A DNA stretch of 64,000 nt from Mytilus californianus (Eukaryota). Position 1 is the first letter of the stretch. Each line of letters starts with the position of its first letter. The DNA lies in assembly GCF_021869535.1 (NCBI RefSeq), contig NW_026262745.1, positions 45,074,001 to 45,138,000 on the forward strand, given 5' to 3'. Under the pieces are notes generated by a model. That model did no database searches. It was not told the DNA's origin and saw nothing but the letters and a program-made list of their open reading frames with translations. The position numbers were made by a program, and so were the translations under genes. Positions 41,291-53,314 of the stretch are shown here, in pieces.

Positions 41291-41559
41291 TAGCCTAGTA
41301 CCAGTATCGTTGATGAGTTATTACTACACTATTGCATGAATTCATACTTCTTATTTAGTCTTTTCTACTCGCACTTCATTTCAAATCATAACATATAACG
41401 ATATTTGATCTGTTGTTTTGAATATCTTGACATATTTACACTGTAATTGAAAAAAAAAACATGAAATAAAATAAACCTGAAATAAACAATACCGATTAAA
41501 ATTCCTTTGAAATTAAAAAAAATACTTCTATAGAATTAATACAATAGAAATTAAGATAC

Positions 41560-42803
41560 CTGTACAATTTGCTGAAATAACATACTTGCAACGTATGCGT
41601 AACTGTATCCAGGTAAATTCGAACCATCAGTTTTCTTTGCACTACCGGCAAAAATGTAGATAAATATGTCTCTATCTGTAGTTATGCTATGGACACCAAT
41701 GCCAATTTCGTGATGAGCAGCCTGTGGCAAAAGTGTACCATCTAAGGTAACTTCTACAACACTCCCAATACTTGAAATATAACCAACAAAGAAAGTGGTA
41801 CTTGCTTCAAATGGAGTCTCTGGAACTACAAACACGCTATTTGACGTATACTGGTCCGTACTAGGTAGGACAAGATTAGAAGGATTTACACCTATATTTA
41901 AAGGCATATACACAGTCACTGATATTTCTTTTTCTGCTAAAATGTTTATTACACATTGCTGTAATGTTAAATGAAAAATTTCAGTAACATAAGAACCAGA
42001 ATAGTTCAGAGATAGGTACATACTTATACCACACTGAGACGAATTAACGGTCACGTGGTTTTTATTTCCTCTTGACATAATTGTAAGTTTGACATATTGA
42101 ATATCAGGAAAAGGGGGACTAATATAGTGTTTTCCCCATGTTTGTGTATGTAACATTTGTTCCGTGACAAACCCCTTGTCTTCTGAAAGACCACCACAGA
42201 AAACTGCTATAGGTTTATTTGCACTAATTCTACTTCCTGTAATGTCGTCCGTTCCGGTAAATTGATACGTTTCACGTGATTTCATTTTAAAAGTTATCAG
42301 CTCGCCGTATCGATATATTCGAAAATTGCTTGAACTGAGAGTATGGTTTGCTCCAAGAGACAACAGGATTCTTACTTTGGTGTTATCCTTTGTAGCAACA
42401 ATAACACATTTACCATCTTTGCCTTTTATTTCCGTGACCGCAAAATAGTCAAAACCTATGGAGTCTGCCGGGTATACAAGAAAAGAACTTACTGCACTTT
42501 CAGTAGAAATATATTGGGCCACTACCAAAATATCACTTGTTGATGTAATCTTTATACCAAACGTTCCGTGAAAAGTCGTATCATACAACAAAATGACGTC
42601 ATATTTTCTAGCTGAAAGTTGTTTGACATCGCCATAGTTCAGGGTTAAGTTCGTTGTCCAGCCTGAATAACTACTTTCCACGTAAATGGTCGCCGGAGTT
42701 GATGTTACTGGTGTCAAAGTTATAGATACATTACTGTATTGGTAGAACTCATTGTCATTCATAAAAGCAAGGAAGAAACTTTTTCCAGCCGTATCAACAG
42801 GGC
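41560..42803 (-). CDS. IgGFc-binding N-terminal-like domain 2 (single 1244-bp exon)
   Basis: PVDTAGKSFFLAFM...SSFLVYPADSIGFDYFAV...DDITGSRISANKPIAVFCG...EQMLHTQTWGKHY fits the IgGFc_binding (FCGBP N-terminal) motif pattern. Acceptor attttag at 42805-42804, donor CAG|GTATCT at 41559. Confidence 0.85.
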
Positions 42804-44447
42804 CTAAAATTTAAACATACATGATAAAAATACAAAAAATAACTTTAATGATTAATGTACATTTATGAAAAGAAAAATATAACAAAAATAGTAGCAATTG
42901 AGAACATTTAAATGCACCTGTTCAATTCAGTCTGTGATTTTTTATACAAGTAAGTCAAATATGAAAGTAAAATGTATGTCATAAACATTATTTAGAAAGG
43001 GGCTTAATTTACAAGATATTTGGGGACCACTAGATTTGTATGACAAAATGAAAATATAAGTAAACAATTAGGGGAAGAACGGGATAAGAATATAAATATA
43101 TATATTCCTTTGTGCTCCTTAATTTAAACATCTTACTAAGATTCCATTATTTAAGCACACACACTATGTATTGGCGGCATATCTTGTGTAGCCAAATAAT
43201 ATATAGCCTGTTGGTGATTTACAGCATTATATATTTGGTAGGTATAGCCCCCGTCTTTCACTTTATTCACATGTCCTTAGTCAGAAGCCTGTTGATAAGT
43301 GGTTGACGTTGGTTGCTGTCTGTCATGTTTGTTTTTTTTTCGCTTATTGTTTTGTTAAAAATCAGGTCGTTGGTTTTTCACGTTGGAATTGCACCTTGCA
43401 TCTGGCGTAAAAAATATAAGACTGGACTTTTTTTTTGTTGTCATTTCGGGCTTTTTTTTAGCTGACTACTTTTAAACAGTATGAGATTTGTTCGTAGTTG
43501 AAGGTCGTACGATAACTATAGTTTTTTACATCCACTTCGTTTGGACTCTAGTGGATAGTTGTCTCATCGGCAATCTTACCAAATCTCCCTAATTTTTATA
43601 TGGACGAGTTTCTAGCTTTGAAAATTGTTTGTTGATCATTATAATTCGTTGTTTGTCTGACTGTTCTGTTGAGTGTCTGCTTTATTTATTGGCATTATTT
43701 ACATGCCTGATCAATACTCCTTTTTGCGGCCGTTTGTGCAGCATAACAGGTCATCGCAGTCGTTTTTGCAGCATTACAGGTCATCACAGCCGTTTCCGTA
43801 AAATGATTCTGTCATTTAAGAATCAACAACTCATTTCACAAAAAAACCTTACGAGAAAGTCATGCACATTTCAGTACAACTTACGATCTATTTTACCGGT
43901 AAGATTTTTTGTGAAAAGAGCCGCTGTCTGATGCCGATTGTGGTACGTCGTCAAAGTTCTAAGGGCATAAAATCGCGTGATAAATGTCAGAATCCAAAAT
44001 ATCGAAGAGGTGTGTATCGTTCAGAAATTGATAAACAACTGCGATTATTCTTCTAAGAGAACTTTGTGTCATGGTTCTTTTTGTTAGTTGGTTTTTATAC
44101 TTTATGTCGATCTAATTAGTCAACTGTTACGCCGTTGTCCTAGGTTAAGGGGAAGGTGAAACGCTTGCAAACATGTTTATCCCCACCAAATTTTATATGT
44201 GCTTGTCCCACTTATTAGTTTTTACATAGATCAGGCTGTTGGTTTTCTTGTTTGCATTGTTTAACATTTTGTCATGTCGAGGACTTTCATAACTTACTAT
44301 TAGTATACGGAGTGGATTTTTCTAATTGTTGACGGCCGAATGGCATTTTGGTATCTGATGGGTAGTTATATCGTTGTCAGTCATACCATTTTATACATGG
44401 AAGTTCCCATCAAACTTTTTAAGGATTATATAATACATTTAATATAC

Positions 44448-44489
44448 CTGAGTTTGCTGTATCTGTATCAGTACAATCCAAACCAGGAT
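44448..44489 (-). CDS. IgGFc-binding-like protein, 42-bp linker exon (DPGLDCTDTDTANS)
   Basis: ctaat branch motif, pyrimidine tract and cttcag acceptor; donor G|GTATAT. Phase 1-1, so its inclusion is not forced by frame. Confidence 0.6.
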
Positions 44490-45200
44490 CTGAAGTATGA
44501 AAGTAGTAAATTAGACATCGTATTATTACCTGAAGTAGAATTCGAACAGAAAATCAACATTAAATATTCCATTGTTTACTGAAAAGGCGCATATTAAATT
44601 CACTATATGTCCTTTATAATGTTAAAATCAACAACAACGAAACCAAAACAAGGCAATGCAATGCACTTTCCATATATCATGGAATTCGAAACAAAACTGA
44701 TGCTAAGTTAAACATTATTGAATCGGTTCAACGTTTACAGAGTTCTGTTTTCTCATCAAAACCGTTGATATAAGAAAATAAAGTGACAAATTGACAATTT
44801 TTTTGTTTTCACAATTATTGATAAAACTTTTTTCCCCAGAAAATTTCAAAAACCGATTTTTGAACTTAAACTTGAAACATTTACACGGTCTGATTAAAAT
44901 TTTATATTCTTTCCAAGAAATGAGGATAATGAATTCTCGTCTTTAAAATTTGGCGCTGCTTTTTGTACTCGATTTCCGCAAAATAAATTTTGACACCTTT
45001 GTTTGATTACACAGTTTTTTCTCACTTTCCGACTTGGTAAGATTTTCTGAACCGTATAAACTCATTTGCTTTGTAAATGAATATTTTTTATCGGATACTC
45101 TAACAGTTTTTGCTATTTCTTATATTTAATGATAAATTAGAGTTCAAACACGCGTATCGTTACTTTGGTTGACTAGTATAATACGAATTTCGATGCGCAC

Positions 45201-45432
45201 GGGCCTCGGTAACCGGGTGTGGTCTTAGAAGTTCATCTACTGTCAACACTGAGGATGTGAGTTCGAATCCCGCACGTGATAGGTGCGTTCGAATCCAATC
45301 TTAATTTACTAGGATTGTCAGTTTTCCTGCTGAAAGTAGGTGGTTCTCTCCAGTCACTCCGGTTTCCTTCAATGACAACGGACCGCTAATATATAGGCAA
45401 TAGTTTTGAAAAACCATTAACAATCAATCATT
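45201..45432 (+). mobile_element. tRNA-derived SINE (second copy)
   Basis: B-box gttcgaatccc at 45261, body homologous to 39531-39797, caatcaatc tail. Confidence 0.75.
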
Positions 45433-45904
45433 ACTCAATCGATGCTGACTTGCCACAAGAAGATAATGGTTGGAATATTATATCACATACATATAAAACG
45501 TAAGCGAATGTTCGTTTTGGTGCCTTATGATAATTTTTATCTGAGAAGCTCGGGGTCAAAAATTATTTAAAAACCTAAATGCATAAATCATATGAAAATA
45601 TCAAATTCGAAAAGACCAAACAGAAGAAAAAAAAACAAACAATATAACACGAAATTAACGCTTTTCTGAATTACTCTTCATCAGAAACGCCAAAACTAAG
45701 AAAATTGAAGGCCAATGTGTATTTTAATTCTTTAAAATAAATTCTACAGCTATTAACTGATAACTTAATAAATTTATATAATAAACCATGAACTGATAAG
45801 ATAATCACGAGCATTTCTGGTATTCATATTTACTTTAGTCTATAATTTTCTAGATATTCCAGTGTGTCTTCGGTAAGATATTTTTTAGTTCAACATATTC
45901 TTAC

Positions 45905-45995
45905 CTTCCAAGTTGATGCAAACATCTTCATCAATGTATCCGTCACAATCGTTATCCTCATAGTCAGCTGGTATCATCGGCGATTGAGTACATGC
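45905..45995 (-). CDS. IgGFc-binding-like protein, first DNDCDG exon (ACTQSPMIPADYEDNDCDGYIDEDVCINLE)
   Basis: Acceptor cttgtag, donor G|GTAAGA. Phase 0 to 1, exactly what is needed between the two domain exons. Confidence 0.85.
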
Positions 45996-46384
45996 CTACA
46001 AGTGTGTATATTAAGTCATGACATTGAGATGAAAAACAGCAATAAAAGCGCTGTTTTTTGCTTTTTGTATTTTTTTTTTTTTTTTGGCTGTGCATGTACT
46101 GATTTTGTGTCATGGATGGATACCCATATCTTTTCTTTTCTATTGAATGAAATCAAAACATCTAATATTGCGTTTTACGCATTCTGATGTATATAGAAAA
46201 GGAAAAAGAAAAATATCCATCTTCGACCAACGATTATTCTCCCTAGATAAATTTCACTGCGCAAGGACAGGATCTAAAGGAATTTGGTTTATTTCACTGT
46301 GTTTCTGAACGACTGAAATCGACACCACAACAAAAATTTTACGGACGCCATCACGAGTTGGTTGACCTTTATGGAATATCTGTA

Positions 46385-46665
46385 TCACATATGACGACGG
46401 ATATTTCCTAAATTATCGTAACCACAATCCTGTCCTCTTTTCCTAGAATGTGACCTACCGAATTTGACTTATTACCGCATTTGTACTAACATGAGCAGCA
46501 CGATGGATGCCACATGTTGAGCAGGATCTGCTTTCCGGAGCAGCTAATACATCTCCGGTTTTTGGTTCGTGTTGCTCAGTCTTTAGTTTTCTATGTTGTG
46601 TTATGTATGTATACTGTTGTTTTCATTTGGTCGTGTTTTTCTGCCACATCATTGTCAGTTCGTTT
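46385..46665 (+). repeat. dispersed repeat fragment, possibly a Penelope-like element end
   Basis: gagcagcacgatggatgccacatgttgagcaggatctgct...gttcgtgttgctcagtctttagttttctatg. Distantly related pieces occur near 58770 and 61240. The classification is from recollection only. Confidence 0.35.
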
Positions 46666-47287
46666 TTGACTTATGATATAAAAATAAGGATATGTGATAT
46701 GTTTGCTAATGAGACAACTATTCACTAAAGTTCAAATGAAGTAGATGTAACTAATTATAGGCAACCGTACGTCCTTCAACAATGAGAAAACTCATACCTT
46801 ATAGTCGGCTATAAAAGGCCCCGACATGAACATATGCAACAATTCAATTGAGAAAACTAACGGCCTTATTTATTACAAAGCAATTAACGGAAAACAAATA
46901 TAACAGAAATGAACCAACGACAATCACTGAACTCCAGGCTCTTGACTTGGGACAGGCACATATAGAATGTGGCGGAGTTGCACATGCTTGAAGGCGAAAA
47001 CCCTCACACTTACCTGGGACAGTGGTGTAACAGTACGACATAAGAAGAAACTATAAAAATCAGTTGAAAAGGGCTTAACTCATCAGATCAATATAAAGCA
47101 GAAAAACATCTAACAAAAACACAGACCGGATGTGGCAGGGTATTTATGCATCCCGAAAAAACAAAAATGACACAAAGTACAGGTCTGATAGTGCTCAAAG
47201 TCAATAACAACTAATAAATAAAATCATGTATTTAAGACTAAAATATCAACCAGTACACATCCAACATCCAATGGAGTTAGTGTAATT

Positions 47288-47693
47288 ATAAAATTTCAAT
47301 CCTGGTATCTATGATGAGTTTATTTACAACCACTGGGTCGGTGCCACTGCTGGTGGAATTTTTATTCCCAGAGGGTATCACCAGCCCAGTAGTCAGCACT
47401 TCTGTGTTGACTTGACTTATCATTGATATGTTCATAATTATAAATCAACTGTTTACAAATCTTGAAATTTTTTGAAATACTAAGGCTTTTCTACCTCAGG
47501 AATAGATAACCTTAGCTGTATTTGGCAAAACTTTTATGAATTTTTGGTTCTCAGTGCTCTTCAACTTCGTACTTTTTTTGGCCTTTTTAACATTTTTTGA
47601 TTCGAGCGTCACTGATGAGTCTTTTGTAGACGAAACGCGCGTCTGGCGCAAATATAAGATTTCAATCCTGGTATCTTTGATGAGTTTATTTAC
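47288..47693 (+). ncRNA. full-length retrozyme monomer (366-bp period) with intact type I hammerhead at 47607-47648
   Basis: About 40-bp terminal direct repeat (cctggtatct at 47301 and 47667). Core cgtca-CTGATGA-gtc(ttttgta)gac-GAAA-c(gcgc)g-TC|tggcg, cleavage predicted after C47643. Confidence 0.88.
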
Positions 47694-47953
47694 AGTCGGT
47701 GAAAAAAAGAGAATTTGATTATCCCTTTGGTATCTTTCACCTCTCTCTTCACTAAGTTTTACGGTCACCGTCATGAATTGGTTGACCGATACGACAAATC
47801 TGTGTCTCAACTAACTCATAACCGATATGTATTCGCAGTCTTAAATCTTTAGATACCAAAATAATCGTCTAATTTGTAATTTTATCGATTGAGTCTTATT
47901 CTCGACTATTATTCTGAATTCAGCACAAGTTACTTCTGAAAATTAACACTGAA

Positions 47954-48885
47954 TCAAAGTGTGCCTGTGAGCCTAAATAAAAGAAAACGAAGAGAGTGAC
48001 AGGACATATGAGAAACAAGGTGATGCACAAACAAAGGAGTTGGTAAGCATTTTTTCAGAAAAAATTGACATTGCTTTAACTCATGCAACCGTGAAACGAC
48101 ATCAGCCATATCATTCTGCTTCCCTGGCAGATGAATTGCAACAAGTTGAAAATTGTAAGTAGCAGACAGCCAAAACAATTCGCGCAAAAATGACATAAAA
48201 AGTTTGTTCTTGGAGGTACACTTATTGATACAACCAACAGTTGATGAATTATCACAATAAATATATACACGCTTATTTTGCCAACATTTAGCCCAACGCT
48301 TGGCCGCCAAAGCCACTGCAAATGCTTCTTGCTCATTAATATGCAAAGTTTGCGCAAATGGGAAATCCTCTTTCCAATTTACATAAAACCAATCGGTACC
48401 AAAAACTTCCCCTGCACCTGTTTTGCAAGCATCAGTATAAACTGAGGTGACAAAATCAGTGTTAAGTAAGAAAGATTTCCCATTAAAAGTGGACATGAAA
48501 TTGTACCACCAATGAATATCATGCAAAATATCCCCGCATAAGCGCATTTTGTGCCAATCATGCTTAAGCTTCGTAATGCCATCAATGATTCTCCGAAGAA
48601 AAACTCTTCCGCCGCGAACCACTGAAGAAGCCCAGTTTAGTTTTCCCGCCAGGGACTGCAGTTGTTTCTTAGAAACATGCTTGCGCTGCTGAAAATCTGT
48701 CAAATCTTTCCTTAACTGCTCTAGTTTTGTGCTAGGTAATCTTAATTCGAATGTTGTGGAGTCTATCTCCACACCTAAAAATACTTATTTCTGGCATGGG
48801 TCCAAGACCTTGGACCAACTTATTGCAAAGCCTAATGTCTTCTTAATAGATTTCTGAGATTGGCAAACACCGGTAAACTACTGTT
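47954..48885 (-). mobile_element. DIRS/Ngaro-type retrotransposon remnant (RT C-terminus plus RNase H), defective
   Basis: LGFAISWSKVLDPCQK*VFLGVEIDS...KQLQSLAGKLNWA...VYTDAC...HINEQEAFAV...IYCDNSSTV...HLPGKQNDMADVVSR. In-frame TAA at 48787-48785. No upstream RT core or recombinase was recognised. Confidence 0.85.
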
Positions 48886-48886
48886 G

Positions 48887-48888
<2 letters not shown>

Positions 48889-48918
<30 letters not shown>
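48889..48918. repeat. (TA)n microsatellite (another at about 22369-22401)
   Basis: Direct reading. Confidence 0.95.
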
Positions 48919-48921
<3 letters not shown>

Positions 48922-49058
48922 CACCAACACGAAATTAAAATTTTATGACTAGTCAAAAATCCATTGTTTGTACTGCTGTTTACCTTTCAGAATATTTTTG
49001 GTATACGTTTTGAATACTGTAACTAGATTCTTAACATGCAAACTGGAATTGTGCTTAC

Positions 49059-50311
49059 CTCATTTAATACATTTAGCCCATGGTTTAAAGGAAAACGGTA
49101 ATGATTTCCGTAATATGCAAAAAACGTGAATGACGAATTAGGATTCTGTAAGTAAAAACTATCATCCTTGTATTCGGTAATTTTAACGCCAGGTATTAAT
49201 GATGCTAGGAAATAATATTTCCGTTTATCCCCAATGATGATCTGAGTTTCTACATGTGCTGTTCCAGGGATACTTGTCACAGTTCCAGTAGAACTGTGAG
49301 CATCAATAGTAGTTGAATATTTGTCCTCATCGTGGGAAATAATATAAATAGGCACATTTCCAAAATCCAGTGTGGGCACAACAATGTTCGAAGACCCTAG
49401 CCATTGCTCGAAAGGAGACAATGTCAGAATCGAATTGAATTTAGGACAAACAATATCTTCTGTCATTTCAAGGTCAACTGTTGCAACTGCGATTGGTTTG
49501 TTACTATCGATGACAATTCTGTCTAAATTTGTTATAGACCTCGTAACCCAATCTCCCGGTTTTTGTAGAATAATTTGATCCATTGAAGACAACTCCACTC
49601 GTGTATTACCTTTGGTAGCTACTATTTTTAGAATTCCGCCATGTTGGCTAAAAGATGTAGGCATGAAATATCTAGTTCCGAGAGTTTCCGAAGGCAACAA
49701 AGGACGCGTTACACCATTTTTAATATTATGTATATTCGTCACTACTGTAGAATGAAAAACAGAGAATGGTTTATTTCCTTTAAGGAATGTTCCTGACAGA
49801 TCGCCTACACTTTCATACGTTACTATATCACCACTGTTCACTACAATGACAAACGTTGGGTCGACTACCTCTGAACCATTCTTTCCGTATACTGGTGAAA
49901 TCGGGACAACCTTTAGCGCAAACTGAATGCTTGTCGAATCATGACCACCTACAATTGTAATGCGACATGCGCTATTGTAGCGACAAAAACCTATGACATG
50001 GTACTCAGTACCCAAATTTTCTGTTGGTATGAAGTAACTAGCGTCAACTAACTGGTATTTGTGTGATGTTTCCGTCAGAAAAAACACATCAGCAGATGCC
50101 GATATGCTACGAATTTGTTCATGATTCTCTATAGTTAAGCTATTTCCTGGAAAAAGATTTTTTTTGTAGGTATTCCCAGTAGTTTCTATATCAACACTAG
50201 TAGATTCAGTTGTTGATGGGTTTATTATTCTGAAAGATTGGGTTGTGTCAGAAGAACCGGTTATGTTGACAAAAACAGGACGGAAATGTTTGCCTACAAA
50301 ATCTTCGCAAT
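49059..50311 (-). CDS. IgGFc-binding N-terminal-like domain 1 (single 1253-bp exon)
   Basis: Frame is open from the ttttcacag acceptor (50313-50312): DCEDFVGKHFRPVF...YFIPTENLGTEYHV...DLSGTFLKGNKPFSVF...LLPSETLGTRY...LSPFEQW. Donor GAG|GTAAGC at 49058. Confidence 0.85.
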
Positions 50312-50571
50312 CTGTGAAAAATAAAAAGAATCATAGATATTCGTCATTAATATATGTTTACATTGTTTTTATTTCATTGTAGACTAATTATATTTACATG
50401 TACTTATTTTTTTACATTCGTATATTTATGGGTCGATTTCGAATTGACGAAGTTTTATTACTTTTATGCGTATATTCGTTCTCTCTGCGTTTTACGTTTG
50501 ATGTATGCTTTCAATACACTTTTATATGAGCAAGAACCAGTAAGATTGAACATACGGATATATATTCATAT

Positions 50572-50650
50572 TTGAGCGTCACTGAGTCTATTGTAGATAA
50601 AACGTGCGTCTGGCGTAGGAAATTATTAGCCTGGTATCTTTGATGAGGTT
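50572..50650 (+). mobile_element. retrozyme fragment, hammerhead core broken
   Basis: gagcgtcaCTGA(3-nt deletion)gtctattgtagataaaacgtgcgtctggcg. CUGAUGA is truncated and GAAA is lost. Confidence 0.7.
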
Positions 50651-50925
50651 TTTTTCAACAATAGACAAATGTATGATTCCATGATCTTAATCATTCTAAG
50701 TCTAGAAAATATATGATTTACACTGGACTGGGTGTGTTGTCTCTTTGACAAATTCCCAAACCCATTCTCAATTCTATAAACTTAAGCAAAGGTAAATCAT
50801 CAAAACATTAACATACAGCGTTCCCCAAGTGCCTTCCGGTATGAATTTGCCGTTATCAAGAACGCTTATAGTCAGCAAAAAATATAGGAAAGCAAAAGAA
50901 TTACTTCCTGGTTTTGTTAATCGAG

Positions 50926-52223
50926 GATGCATTAGAGGGAAAACGGTACTATTACATTTTCCCAGCATTAGGTTGGCCTTTTGTGTACCCAAGGCATGTG
51001 AAGGAAGTCAAATTAGGAGCGCTGTGATTGGATGTAAGGGTACAATATATTTTTTTATGTATCTATGAATAACTGCAGTGTGTATATTTACAATATAAAT
51101 TTTAAAACCTATTGAAACATTTTCTAGAGAATTATTCGAAAAGGCTTCCAAAATTTCATAAATTTGGTGTAAAATGACGGTGGGCATGGATAACATAAAC
51201 AAGCTCCGTTGGAAATTGGTCATGATACTATTTGGCTTCAATTTTTAAAATAGAATAATAAAGTCCTAACACCACACATAACTGTTTTATCCAGGTTTTT
51301 ATTATAAAAAGTGGTAAATATAAAAAATGTTAGTATTGTCGCCTATGGCAGAATAAATAGTACCGTTTTCCCTATACTCAAGATAGCAAGGGAAATCAAA
51401 ATCAATCAGACTTCAGTCATATTTTACTATTTTGAAGCATTTGATAAGTACATTTGATTTTTATCACAAAGAATAGAAATTTTTAACTGAGAACAATACT
51501 GTGTTGAGAAAAGTGCTGAGTCATCATAATAAGTCAAATTGATGGGTACTGATATAAAACTTTATTCTAGGATTTCAATATTAACTATATTGTATAAAAT
51601 GCACCAAACTATAGTTCTTTTGTAGTTGTTTTCACCTTTCGCAATGATCAATTCCCTAAATGTATCACTTGGGTATTTCTCTAGACATAATCTATTAAAA
51701 TGGCAAATTGTCGGGTTAAGTTTGTATACTGTTTATGGGGTTAGGCAATATTTGGTCATACTAGAAGCATTTTCAGTGTTGAAATTGTCCATTTAAGAAA
51801 AAAAGAGGCCCACTTGAGGCTAAATTTAGATAGAATTTATGCTATCCTGTGTAATGAATTGTTCACATTCTTGGCAATTCATGCAGCAAATATTTCAATA
51901 GTGCTTCATTTTGTAGTTTCTATCTTTTATTATATCAGGCATATATTATTTTTCATTTTCTTCTGTTTGAAAGGACTTTTGTTGGAAATCAATACTCCCA
52001 AGGGACATAATTCTGCTTTTTCATAGATTAACAAAGGCAACAAAGGCAACTTTACAGATGAGTATTTTGCATATTTAATGTTTTAAGTGTCTAATATCTT
52101 TGTTTTTATCATCTCAAGACAGAATAATGGATTTTATAACAAGCTCTGAAATTTTGAAATATAGAAAATGTTAGTATTGTCGCCTATGGCAGAATAAATA
52201 GTACCGTTTTCCCTAGATGCATC
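50926..52223. mobile_element. TIR element with a duplicated right end
   Basis: agggaaaacggtactat at 50936 is inverted relative to atagtaccgttttccct at about 51357-51373 and 52198-52214. The two right ends share about 55 bp. Confidence 0.6.
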
Positions 52224-53277
52224 TATATATACTGTATAAAGGATGGACAAGCAAGGTCAATTCCGGAACTAAAATACACATTTATTAATTTATATGATTC
52301 ACATTTATATGTATGTATTATCATTGTATGTATAAAACTAAGTAACTTACTTACAATCAGAAAGTAATGTTTATCTTTAAGAAACACTGTTCTTAAAGAT
52401 ATTATATACTGTATCAATAAGGTAATTGTAACAGCTTTAAACTAACAAATTATTAATTACAATTGTCAACAAAATAAGACATGGACAACTTAACAAACTA
52501 AAATGACCTTAAAATAAATAGTAGATAACTTCTATTGTTATTTGTATTTATTCACATCCTTGTTTTCTGATTGGCAATTATATCCAATCTTCTTGTTTTC
52601 ATACTGCTGCAAAATCTATCAGCTAAGAGATGACTAAAAGATATGAAATAAATCATGATCTTTGTCGAAGCACTGACTGTTTAGCGAATGGTGTGTTTTG
52701 AACCAGGGCAGAATAAGATTTTCCAAAATCAAAAACAAAGATTCTAGGGTGTTCCTGTATACTTTTCGTGTATTTTAGGGAATTAAGAGATAACTGTATT
52801 GTATCTGAAGCTTTGCGGACGTCCATCGGTAGTTTTACTGTCGCAAATTGAGTTTAACTGGCGACGCGTAGCTTATCATCAGCATACTATATGACTACTG
52901 GGGAGTCTTACGGCAAAACAATAGGAATATTACAAGCAGCAATCGAATATCACAAGTCGAAGAAGACTTTAAGTACAAGCAACACCATCCCAAAAAAGGG
53001 GACAACGACACACAGCATTTTGCAAAAAGGAAACATAGCGATTGAGTAGATTCGATGCATTTTCATCAACAGGGAGCTTATGTTGCTGAATGGTTATTTG
53101 TTCAAAAAGTTCGACTAGTGAGAGCCAAATTTCAGAAAGCCAGTGATGTTCAGTAAATCGAAAGTAGCACAGAAGTTGATTTGAACGATCATAGCAAGAG
53201 AGACGATGTCTTCCCCAATAACGAATATAATGTAAATTAGTTGTTTGTTCAATTGATGAGTAAAATATAAAACTTAC

Positions 53278-53314
53278 CAATTAGTCCAAAAAGAAATATG
53301 CAAATCACTGTGAC
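53278..53314 (-). CDS. IgGFc-binding-like protein, signal-peptide exon (VTVICIFLFGLI)
   Basis: Strong acceptor tttgttttgcag and donor G|GTAAGT. Hydrophobic; the phase-1 end joins the 50311 exon (G+AT = Asp). Confidence 0.7.

Noticed and set aside
47060-47090. CTGATGAG on the minus strand (47086-47079) as another hammerhead
   Set aside because: A possible stem II (gtt...aac) is followed by TGAT rather than GAAA, and no stem III or NUH site was found.
47740-47935. Possible extra exon (EVTCAEFRIIVENK...) downstream of the DIRS remnant
   Set aside because: Two in-frame stops and a weak donor; the gene model closes without it.
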